Below are positions 56,573 to 64,000 of a stretch of 64,000 bases of DNA, piece by piece. The translations under genes and the position numbers were made by a program. This DNA is from an uncultured Verrucomicrobiae bacterium (GTDB lineage Bacteria; Verrucomicrobiota; Verrucomicrobiia; Limisphaerales; Palsa-1400), in assembly GCA_963764165.1 (NCBI GenBank), contig CAVXRD010000002.1:1344001-1408000 (forward strand). Direction: 5' to 3'. Under the pieces are notes generated by a model. That model made no database searches. It was not told where the DNA came from and was given only the letters and a program-made list of their open reading frames with translations. Every line of letters starts with the position of its first letter. Within the stretch, counting starts at the first letter, position 1.

Positions 56573-57246
56573 ACTTCAGTTACTATGGACATTCCTGTTT
56601 TGCGCTCGAAACAGCCGGGCGCAAATTTCTATTTGACCCATATATTACACCCAATCCGCAGGCGAGCAGCGTGGATATTAATGGCATCAAGGCGGATTAC
56701 ATTCTCGTGTCGCACGGCCATGGGGATCATTTGGCGGACGCCGTCGCGCTGGCGCAGCAAACCGACGCCACTGTCATCGCGCCTTACGAAGTAGCGCAGT
56801 GGCTCGGCAAACAGGGCGCGGCGAAGACTCGGCCGATTAATCACGGCAGCACGAAGCTTGATTTCGGCAAGTTGCATTTTGTGAATGCGATCCATTCCAG
56901 CAGCCTGCCGGACGGAAGCTACGGCGGCAATCCGGGCGGGTTCATTTTGGAAACGGCAGACGGCGCTTTCTATTATTCCGGCGACACCGCGTTGACAAAG
57001 GACATGGAATTAATCGGCGCGACTGTCAAACTGACGTTCGCGGCCTTGTGCATCGGCGGAAATTTCACGATGGATGTCGATGACGCCGTGGTCGCGGCGC
57101 GGATGACCGGATGCAAGGAAATTGTCGGCGTTCACTACGACACGTTTCCGCCAATCAAAATCGATCACGCCGAATCGCAGCGGAAATTCAAGGATGCGGG
57201 ATTGAACCTGCACCTGTTGAAAATTGGTGAGAGCCGGAAATTCTAG
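56569..57246 (+). CDS. Metallo-beta-lactamase-fold hydrolase (UPF0173-like)
   Basis: GHS, DP, SHGHGDH, A.HSS, GDT and HYDTFP. Confidence 0.9.
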   Translation: MNFSYYGHSCFALETAGRKFLFDPYITPNPQASSVDINGIKADYILVSHGHGDHLADAVALAQQTDATVIAPYEVAQWLGKQGAAKTRPINHGSTKLDFGKLHFVNAIHSSSLPDGSYGGNPGGFILETADGAFYYSGDTALTKDMELIGATVKLTFAALCIGGNFTMDVDDAVVAARMTGCKEIVGVHYDTFPPIKIDHAESQRKFKDAGLNLHLLKIGESRKF

Positions 57247-57283
57247 TGGGGTTGTTGGCGATGGGCGCATTTCAATCTGCAAA

Positions 57284-57384
57284 AGGTAGCGCCTCGCCGA
57301 GGCGTCCGGGGTGAGGCGTTATTCCTGCATCGCCCTTTCGCATGTTCACGCGCAACCGGACGCCTCGGCGAGGCGTCCCTACCT
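57284..57384. repeat. Family B REP doublet (left arm slightly deleted), empty
   Basis: AGGTAG-CGCCTCGCCGAGGCGTCCG...CGGACGCCTCGGCGAGGCGTCCCTACCT. Confidence 0.85.
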
Positions 57385-57391
57385 CGCTCCG

Positions 57392-58417
57392 TTATGCGCG
57401 GGGATCGAAGTGCGATTCCTTCGCCAATTGCTCCCACAGCGCCTTCTCCTTCGCGCTAATTTCCTTCGGCATTTGGATGCGCGCGACGACATAGAGGTCG
57501 CCCGCATCGGAACCTCGGCTGGTCAATCCGCGCCCGCGCACGCGAAGGCGCTGGCCGGTTTGGGTGCCGGAGGGAATCTTGATATTGACAGAGCCGCCCA
57601 GGGTCGGCACGGAAACACTCGCGCCCAGCGCCGCTTCCCACGGCGCCAGATCGAGGTCGTAATATAAATCGCCGCCGGCCACGCGAAAATCCGGATGGCT
57701 GGCGAGGCGCACACGCAAATACAAATCGCCGGGTGGCCCGCCGCCGTGGCCGGGTTCGCCCTGGCCGCTGACGCGCAATCGCTGGCCGTCGCGCACGCCC
57801 GCCGGAATTTTGACTTTGTATTCCTGCTTGGCGGTGACGAATCCGTTGCCTTGGCATTTGGGACACACGCGCCGGGCTTTGACACCGGTGCCTTCGCATT
57901 CGGGGCAGGCCACGTTTCGGCCGACGCTGATGGCCCGAACCGCGCCATTCATCGCTTCCTCTAGCGTCACCATCAAGACGCCCTCAACGTCTTCGCCTTT
58001 TTCGCTTTCCGCCGCGAACGGCGGGGCGCCATTGCCGCCACCCCCGCGCCGCGCGCCAAACATTTGCTCAAAAAAATCGCTGAAACCTGTTCCTCCGAAT
58101 TCAAAATCCTCCGCTCCTTGTCCGCTCTGCCATGTGTGGGTGCGGAATCCGTCCGCTCCCGTTCCAGGTTGCGGGCGGGCGCCGGCGTGCTTCCAATTTG
58201 CGCCGAGGCGGTCGTACTTTTCGCGTTTCTCGGCGTCGCCCAGCACCTCGTAGGCTTCGTTGATTTCCTTGAATTTCTCCTCCGCCACTTTTTTGTCCTT
58301 GGCCACGTCGGGATGATACTGGCGGGCCAGTTTGCGGAAGGCCGTGCGAATCTCGTCATGGCTGGCGGTGCGCGCGACGCCCAAAGTTTTGTAGTAGTCT
58401 TTATATTCGACGGGCAT
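57392..58417 (-). CDS. DnaJ/CbpA-like co-chaperone
   Basis: J domain with HPD, G/F-rich region, two CxxCxGxG repeats and a DnaJ C-terminal domain. Confidence 0.92.
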   Translation of the reverse strand: MPVEYKDYYKTLGVARTASHDEIRTAFRKLARQYHPDVAKDKKVAEEKFKEINEAYEVLGDAEKREKYDRLGANWKHAGARPQPGTGADGFRTHTWQSGQGAEDFEFGGTGFSDFFEQMFGARRGGGGNGAPPFAAESEKGEDVEGVLMVTLEEAMNGAVRAISVGRNVACPECEGTGVKARRVCPKCQGNGFVTAKQEYKVKIPAGVRDGQRLRVSGQGEPGHGGGPPGDLYLRVRLASHPDFRVAGGDLYYDLDLAPWEAALGASVSVPTLGGSVNIKIPSGTQTGQRLRVRGRGLTSRGSDAGDLYVVARIQMPKEISAKEKALWEQLAKESHFDPRA

Positions 58418-58467
58418 AATGTTCGATATTATATGAATCTTAAGGTTCGCCGCCGAAAATTCAAACT

Positions 58468-59397
58468 ATGAGATACGCGCAATCTTTTAAGGTAGGGACG
58501 CCTCTCGGAGGCGTCCAGCTCAAGACTGGTAGGGCGAGACTCCGGCAAGCCCTGATTAAATTCCCGTTCGCAAAAAACAATCGGGGCTCGACAGAGTCTC
58601 GCCCTACCGGGAATGCCGGGTTCGCTTGCGCAATGCTGGCGCTTTTCATTTTCATTTGTTTTACAGGCTGCTCCCCGAAACCGCACACGCAATTAATCGT
58701 CGGAATGGAGCTGGGCTACCCGCCATTCGAGACAATCGATGGGCAAGGCCAGCCTACCGGCGTCAGCGTCGACCTGGCCCGCGATTTGGGAAAATCTCTG
58801 GGACGCGAAGTTGAAATTCAGAACATCCGCTATGACGGCCTGATTCCCGCCCTGCAAACGCACAAGATCGATGTAATCATTTCGTCCATGACCGCGACGC
58901 CCGAACGCGCAAAGGCCATCGCTTTTTCCGATCCTTATTTGACGACCGGCCTTTGCTTGCTGGTCGGAAAAAATTCGCCCGTCAAAAGCGCCGACGACAC
59001 AGACGTCAAAGGCCGCACCATAGTGGTGAAGCAAGGCACGACGGGAAATATCTACGCGAGCGACCATATCAAGCAGGCACGTGTCCTGGTGCTTGATGAG
59101 GAAGCGGCTTGCGTGCTGGAAGTCGTGCAGAGCAAGGCCGACGCATTTATCTACGACCAGATTTCAACCTACGAAAATTGGAAACGCAACGAGCAGACGA
59201 CGCGGGCGATTTTGCAGCCGTTCCAGAAGGAATCATGGGCGGTGGGGCTCCGGCAGGGCGACGACGAGTTGCGCGGCAAAATCAATCAATTCCTGCGGGA
59301 TTACAAAACGCAGGGCGGCTTTGAGAAGCTCGGGGACCATTATCTTTCAGAGCAGAAGGAGGCGTTCAAGAAGCTCGGTTACCCATTCTACTTTTGA
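58468..59397 (+). CDS. Amino acid ABC transporter substrate-binding lipoprotein
   Basis: Lipobox FTG/C, YPPFE, GLIPAL, SSMT.TPER and FSDPY. Start uncertain (58468 or 58633). Confidence 0.9.
   Translation: MRYAQSFKVGTPLGGVQLKTGRARLRQALIKFPFAKNNRGSTESRPTGNAGFACAMLALFIFICFTGCSPKPHTQLIVGMELGYPPFETIDGQGQPTGVSVDLARDLGKSLGREVEIQNIRYDGLIPALQTHKIDVIISSMTATPERAKAIAFSDPYLTTGLCLLVGKNSPVKSADDTDVKGRTIVVKQGTTGNIYASDHIKQARVLVLDEEAACVLEVVQSKADAFIYDQISTYENWKRNEQTTRAILQPFQKESWAVGLRQGDDELRGKINQFLRDYKTQGGFEKLGDHYLSEQKEAFKKLGYPFYF
58491..58608. repeat. Family B half-REP plus an 81-bp GTAG-type doublet (family C)
   Basis: GGTAGGGACGCCTCTCGGAGGCGTCC, then GGTAGGGCGAGACTC...GAGTCTCGCCCTACC. Confidence 0.8.
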
Positions 59398-60194
59398 GAA
59401 GGCGCTGGTCAGAATATTTTTTCGCATCCCATGAACTGGGCGCGCCGCCGCCTCCGCTCGGCGTGCGAATCGTCAATGCGATTTTGGCCCTGCTCATTGT
59501 CTCGCTGGTTTTCTTTTTCTCGTTCCATCACCTCACCTACAAAATGCGGTGGAACGCGGTTTATGCGGATCGCGAGATGTTCGTTCGCGGCTGGCTGACG
59601 ACTGTCGCCATTTCCGCCGTCGCGCTGCTGGGCAGCAGTGCGCTTGGTTTATGCTCGGCGCTCGCGCAGGGGAGTCGGTTTTTGCCGTTTCGTTATCTGG
59701 CGCGGGCTTACGTGGAGATCATTCGCGGCACTCCGTTGCTGGTGCAAATTCTCGTTTTGTATTATGTCGTATTCGACACGATAGGACTCGAGGATAGATA
59801 CAAAGCGGGAACGATTATTCTGTGCATTTTTAGCGGCGCTTACATTTCGGAAATCATCCGCGCCGGCGTTGAAAGCATCGGGCGCTCCCAATGGGAATCG
59901 GCCCGCGCCATCGGGCTGACCCGCGCGCAAACCTATCGCTACGTTGTGTTTCCGCAGGCGCTTCGGCAAACGCTGCCGCCGCTGGCGGGACAATTTGTGT
60001 CGCTGGTGAAGGACTCATCGCTGCTCTCGGTGCTGGGGGTGGAGGAATTCACCAAAGTCGCGCAAATGGCGAACTCGCGCACCTTTCTCACACTCGAATG
60101 CTACCTGCCGCTGGCGCTGGGATATCTTATCCTGACACTGCCAATTTCGCTTTGGTCGCGGCGATTGGAAAAACGCCACAAATTCGAGACGTGA
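59394..60194 (+). CDS. Amino acid ABC transporter permease
   Basis: IRGTPLLVQ, AYISEIIRAG, QWESARAIG, PQA and KDSSL. Confidence 0.93.
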   Translation: MRRRWSEYFFASHELGAPPPPLGVRIVNAILALLIVSLVFFFSFHHLTYKMRWNAVYADREMFVRGWLTTVAISAVALLGSSALGLCSALAQGSRFLPFRYLARAYVEIIRGTPLLVQILVLYYVVFDTIGLEDRYKAGTIILCIFSGAYISEIIRAGVESIGRSQWESARAIGLTRAQTYRYVVFPQALRQTLPPLAGQFVSLVKDSSLLSVLGVEEFTKVAQMANSRTFLTLECYLPLALGYLILTLPISLWSRRLEKRHKFET

Positions 60195-60198
60195 TTTC

Positions 60199-60930
60199 AT
60201 GGACCTTCGCCTCCGCCAAATCGTAAAGCGTTTCGACGGCCCGCTGGTGCTCGACCAAATCTCGCTTGCGCTTGCAGCCTCGCGGGCGCTGGTTTTGGTG
60301 GGACCGTCAGGCGGTGGAAAGTCCACCCTGCTCAGGATTCTCGGCGGGCTGGAGCATCCGGATTCGGGAGAAGTGGAGATCGATGGCGAGCGTGTTGTTT
60401 ACACTGAGAGCGCTCTGCTGCGGCATCGACGCACAGTGGGAACGGTTTTCCAGGCATTCAATCTTTTTCCGCATATGACGGCCCTTCAAAACATCACTCT
60501 TCCGCTGGAAAAAGTGCATGGCAAATCACGCGGCGAAGCGGAAGAAATCGCGCGGCAATTTCTGGCCCGATTTCGCCTGGCTGATTTCGGCGGGAAACGC
60601 CCGGCCGAACTTTCCGGAGGCCAGCGCCAGCGCATTGCCATTGCGCGCGCCCTCGCTGTCAAACCGAGACTCTTGCTCTTTGATGAGCCGACGTCCGCTT
60701 TGGACCCTGAGATGACGTCCGAAGTGCTCGACACAATTCTCGAACTGCGCGATCAAGGGCAGGATTTTATCCTTGTGACCCATGAAATGGGTTTCGCCCG
60801 GCGTGCGGCGGATCACGTTGGTTTCTTGGCGGAAAGCAAACTGCTGGAAATGGGGACGGCGGAGCAATTCTTCGATTCACCGGCCACTCCGCAAGCCCGC
60901 GCCTTTTTGGCAAAAATTTTGAAGTATTGA
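60199..60930 (+). CDS. Amino acid ABC transporter ATP-binding protein
   Basis: GPSGGGKST, LSGGQRQR and FDEPTSALDPE. Confidence 0.94.
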   Translation: MDLRLRQIVKRFDGPLVLDQISLALAASRALVLVGPSGGGKSTLLRILGGLEHPDSGEVEIDGERVVYTESALLRHRRTVGTVFQAFNLFPHMTALQNITLPLEKVHGKSRGEAEEIARQFLARFRLADFGGKRPAELSGGQRQRIAIARALAVKPRLLLFDEPTSALDPEMTSEVLDTILELRDQGQDFILVTHEMGFARRAADHVGFLAESKLLEMGTAEQFFDSPATPQARAFLAKILKY

Positions 60931-60934
60931 TCGA

Positions 60935-61867
60935 TTAAGGCACCGCGCTGCCGCCGCTGGCGACATTGCTCTTCTCAAACAAACGAGTGCCAAGCACTAT
61001 CTTTTGCGGAACTTTCTCGCCGTGGAAAATTTTCAGTGCGGTCTCGATGGCTTCATCGCCGCCCGTTGGATAACGGAATGTGGCGTCCAAAATCCCCTGC
61101 GCAACATAAGCCACGCCTTCCTGCGGCAGCCCATCGATGCCAACGAAAATGATGCCATCGCGGCCGGCTGCTTTGGCCGCGAGGTAGGCGCCATGCGCGC
61201 CGGGATCGTTGTGGCCATAGACGGCGTCGATGTGATCGAAACGGGCGAGGGCGGATTCCATTTCTTTTCGCGAGTCCGGCTCAAGCCATTTCATGTCAGC
61301 CTCGAAAACAACTTCAAGTCCGGAGCCGGCAATGCCTTCGCGGAAGCCGGTGTGGCGATCCTGTCCCGGGATCGATGTCATCAGCCCCTTCAGTTCCACA
61401 ATCTTCCCTTTGCCGCCAAGCTTTTTGACAAGCCATTCGCCGGCCGCCCTGCCGATCTTCTTGTTGTCAGCGCCGATGAAGCAGGTGAATTTGTCGCCGA
61501 GCACCGCGCGATCAAGCACTATGACCGGGATGCCAGCTTCGAAGGCGCGGGCAACGGGTTCGGTCAGCGGTTGTGCTTCTTTTGGACTGATGATGAGCAA
61601 ATCCACTTTCGCGCTCACGAATTCTTCAACTTGACTGCGTTGCTTCAAGGTATCGTTTTGAGCGTCCTTGAAAATGACCTTGAGATCGGGATGCTTGGCG
61701 GCGGCGGCGCGGATGTCCGCGTTCATTTGCACGCGCCAAGGTTCGCCCAGGTTGCATTGCGACATGCCGATAGTGAAGGTGCGGGCACTGGATTGTCCGC
61801 GGCTGGTGGCGATGAATAACGTGGCCGCCGCCATCGCGAGCGTCGCGAGAAATGTTGCGCGTTTCAT
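60935..61867 (-). CDS. RbsB-like sugar ABC substrate-binding protein
   Basis: Signal peptide, GIPVI.LDR, GADN, HND and VGIDG. Confidence 0.9.
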   Translation of the reverse strand: MKRATFLATLAMAAATLFIATSRGQSSARTFTIGMSQCNLGEPWRVQMNADIRAAAAKHPDLKVIFKDAQNDTLKQRSQVEEFVSAKVDLLIISPKEAQPLTEPVARAFEAGIPVIVLDRAVLGDKFTCFIGADNKKIGRAAGEWLVKKLGGKGKIVELKGLMTSIPGQDRHTGFREGIAGSGLEVVFEADMKWLEPDSRKEMESALARFDHIDAVYGHNDPGAHGAYLAAKAAGRDGIIFVGIDGLPQEGVAYVAQGILDATFRYPTGGDEAIETALKIFHGEKVPQKIVLGTRLFEKSNVASGGSAVP

Positions 61868-61874
61868 AATGAAT

Positions 61875-62864
61875 CTACGTTCGCCCCCGCCGCTGAGTCA
61901 GGACTGCGGCGACAATAATAATTCCTGTCAGCACAAGACGGCCAGCCTCCGGCACGGCGTTGATGCTGAGGATTTTTTCGAGGTAACCGATAGTCAGGAC
62001 GCCGAGCAACGTCAATCCGATTCCGCCGCGCCCGCCTGCCAGACTGGTGCCGCCGAGGACGACCATCGCAATGGCGGTCAGCTCGTAGCCCGCCCCGGCT
62101 TCCGGATCGCCTTGCTGCTCCTGCGCGGCCTGGCACAGTCCGGCCACGGCGGCGAACAGGCCGGAGGCCGCATACGCGCAAACTTTCGCGCCGACCACCG
62201 GCACGCCCGAAAGGCGCGCGGCTTCCTCGTTGCCGCCAATCGCGTAGAGGTAGCGGCCCCAGCGGTGCCGCGATAGCGCAAGCCACGAGACAATCACGCA
62301 GGCTAGAAATATAATTGTCACGACCGAGACATTGTCATGAAGAATCCGACCGTCGATTTTTTTGAAGAGCGCCGGAACGTCCACATATTTATACGAGCCG
62401 TCCGCGTTTTGGATGGCGGTGGAAATTTTCATGCCGCCGGATGCGTATTTTGCCAGTCCCCGGGCGAGTACCATCATCGACAAAGTTGCGATGAACGGTT
62501 GCACGCGGAGGCGTGCCGTGACGAAGCCGGAGATTGCGCCGCACAACATGCCGACCGCCAGGCAAGCTGGAATCGCTTCCCAACCCGGCCAGCCCCAGTG
62601 AATCGCCATTTTTGCCGAGCAAACGGCGGCGAGCGCCAGCAGGCTGCCGACCGCAAGATCAATGCCGCCGGAGACGATGACGAGCGTCATGCCGCAGGCG
62701 AGCATTCCGTAAACGGACGCCTGGCGGAACGTATCGCGGTGCGTGCCGAGTTTGAAAAACGCGCCGTCCGCGTTGAAAATCGCTCCCGCGCAAATGACCA
62801 GCAGCAGCGCGAGGAATGCGCGCGCGGCGGGCTTGGCCAAGGCCGATTTCCAGCGGGATGTCAT
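61875..62864 (-). CDS. RbsC-like sugar ABC permease
   Basis: GGIDL.VGS, PFIATL, GRYLYAIGGNEEAARLSG and VLGGTSL.GG.G. Confidence 0.93.
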   Translation of the reverse strand: MTSRWKSALAKPAARAFLALLLVICAGAIFNADGAFFKLGTHRDTFRQASVYGMLACGMTLVIVSGGIDLAVGSLLALAAVCSAKMAIHWGWPGWEAIPACLAVGMLCGAISGFVTARLRVQPFIATLSMMVLARGLAKYASGGMKISTAIQNADGSYKYVDVPALFKKIDGRILHDNVSVVTIIFLACVIVSWLALSRHRWGRYLYAIGGNEEAARLSGVPVVGAKVCAYAASGLFAAVAGLCQAAQEQQGDPEAGAGYELTAIAMVVLGGTSLAGGRGGIGLTLLGVLTIGYLEKILSINAVPEAGRLVLTGIIIVAAVLTQRRGRT

Positions 62865-64000
62865 GTGGCTTCAGTTTGTCCCATCGCCGCAGCCAAAATC
62901 GAGGCTGGAGTGGCTGCGGCGCGAGCGAATTCCGCGGTCAATTTGCCGCGATGGAGCACAGCGATGCGGTCGCTCAGCGTCAACAATTCGGGCATTTCCG
63001 ACGTGATCAAAATGATGGCCATGCCTTCATGCGTCCACTGTTCGATAAGTTGGTAAATCTCTCGTTTCGCGGCGACGTCTATGCCACGAGTCGGTTCATC
63101 GAGGAGCAGAACCTTCGGCTTGATTTGCAGCCATTTTGCCAGCGCGACTTTTTGCTGGTTGCCGCCGGACAGCGCGCCGACTTCCAAATCCAGCGAAGCG
63201 GCGCGAAGGCGCATTGGAACTGTGGTGGCTTGGGCAGCGGCAAGTTCACGCGCGGGACTGCGCCAGCCCGCAGGGGAAAGGCTGCGCAGGCTGGCCAGCG
63301 TGGCATTGGCGATGATGGACATGGAGAGAACGAGGCCGGTGGCTTTGCGATCGTTTGTCAGCAGTGCGACGCCAGATTCAATCGACTCTCGCGGAGTTGT
63401 GAATTTGTGTTCGATATTTTCCAGCAACATCCGGCCCTTCGTTTTCGCGCCGTATGCGCCGAACAGGCCGAGTAAAAGTTCGCTTGCACCCGAGCCTTGC
63501 AGGCCCGCCAATCCCAACACTTCTCCCGCGCGAACGCGGAGCGAGATATTGTCGGCGGCGGGCCGGGCGGCAAAGCCGCTTGGGAACACGCTGAAGCTTT
63601 CCAACCGCAATCGCTCGGGGCCGAGACTCGGCGCTCGTTTGGGAAACTGCTCGCCTAATTCCCGCCCGACCATCCAATGAATCAATTTGTCCTGCGGCAA
63701 ATCGCACGCGGGCGCGGTGCCGACCCATTGGCCATCGCGCAGCACGGTGATGCGGTCGGCGATGCGCGCTATTTCGTCCATTTTGTGGGTGATGTAAATG
63801 ATGCAGCAGCCGCGCTCCTCGAGAGTTTGAATGAGCGCAAAAAGCTTGGCGACCTCGGGCGCGTTGAGCGCGCTGGTCGGTTCGTCCATCACGATGACGC
63901 GCGCGTTTTGGCTGAGCGCCTTGGCGATTTCAATGAGCTGTTGAATCGCGACCGGAAAGCGCTCGACCGGCTGAGTCACGTCAAGGTCGAGGCCAAGCTG
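62861..64000 (-). CDS. RbsA-like sugar ABC ATPase (5' end outside the window)
   Basis: MDEPTSAL, ITHKMDE, LSGGNQQKV and DEPTRGIDV. Confidence 0.93.
   Translation of the reverse strand, partial: QLGLDLDVTQPVERFPVAIQQLIEIAKALSQNARVIVMDEPTSALNAPEVAKLFALIQTLEERGCCIIYITHKMDEIARIADRITVLRDGQWVGTAPACDLPQDKLIHWMVGRELGEQFPKRAPSLGPERLRLESFSVFPSGFAARPAADNISLRVRAGEVLGLAGLQGSGASELLLGLFGAYGAKTKGRMLLENIEHKFTTPRESIESGVALLTNDRKATGLVLSMSIIANATLASLRSLSPAGWRSPARELAAAQATTVPMRLRAASLDLEVGALSGGNQQKVALAKWLQIKPKVLLLDEPTRGIDVAAKREIYQLIEQWTHEGMAIILITSEMPELLTLSDRIAVLHRGKLTAEFARAAATPASILAAAMGQTEAT

Noticed and set aside
38546..58608. CRISPR array from the recurring palindromes
   Set aside because: The repeats are dispersed inverted doublets, not regularly spaced direct repeats, and there are no cas genes.

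Overview
GC-rich bacterial chromosome segment. The gene content (H-X9-DG pilin-like proteins, an extended ECF sigma factor, a planctomycete-type cytochrome c, a TMTC-like TPR protein) suggests the PVC superphylum, probably Verrucomicrobia; this is inference. The backbone carries housekeeping genes: RluA-family synthase, SurA-like chaperone, degP, mutL, moaD/moaE, hisF, scpA/scpB, pheA, birA, nadC, a DnaJ-like protein and two ABC transporters. An accessory zone at about 4.9-19.3 kb holds three tRNA-Gly 3' fragments (att-like scars), a broken nucleotidyltransferase module, tandem alpha/beta-hydrolases and several gene remnants (Hen1, type III Mod). It also holds a ParB-like + PD-(D/E)xK-like + Dam-like methylase trio, a candidate defence system. 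Intergenic DNA is full of several REP-like palindrome families. Two nearly identical 1683-bp IS1182-family elements and a 138-bp MITE all sit at the same nucleotide of one GTAG-type REP hairpin, in the same orientation, with a CGCC duplication. Two REP elements appear to lie in-frame inside cleavable leader peptides. I found no CRISPR array, rRNA, intact tRNA or integrase. All family calls come from motif recognition by eye, not from database searches.
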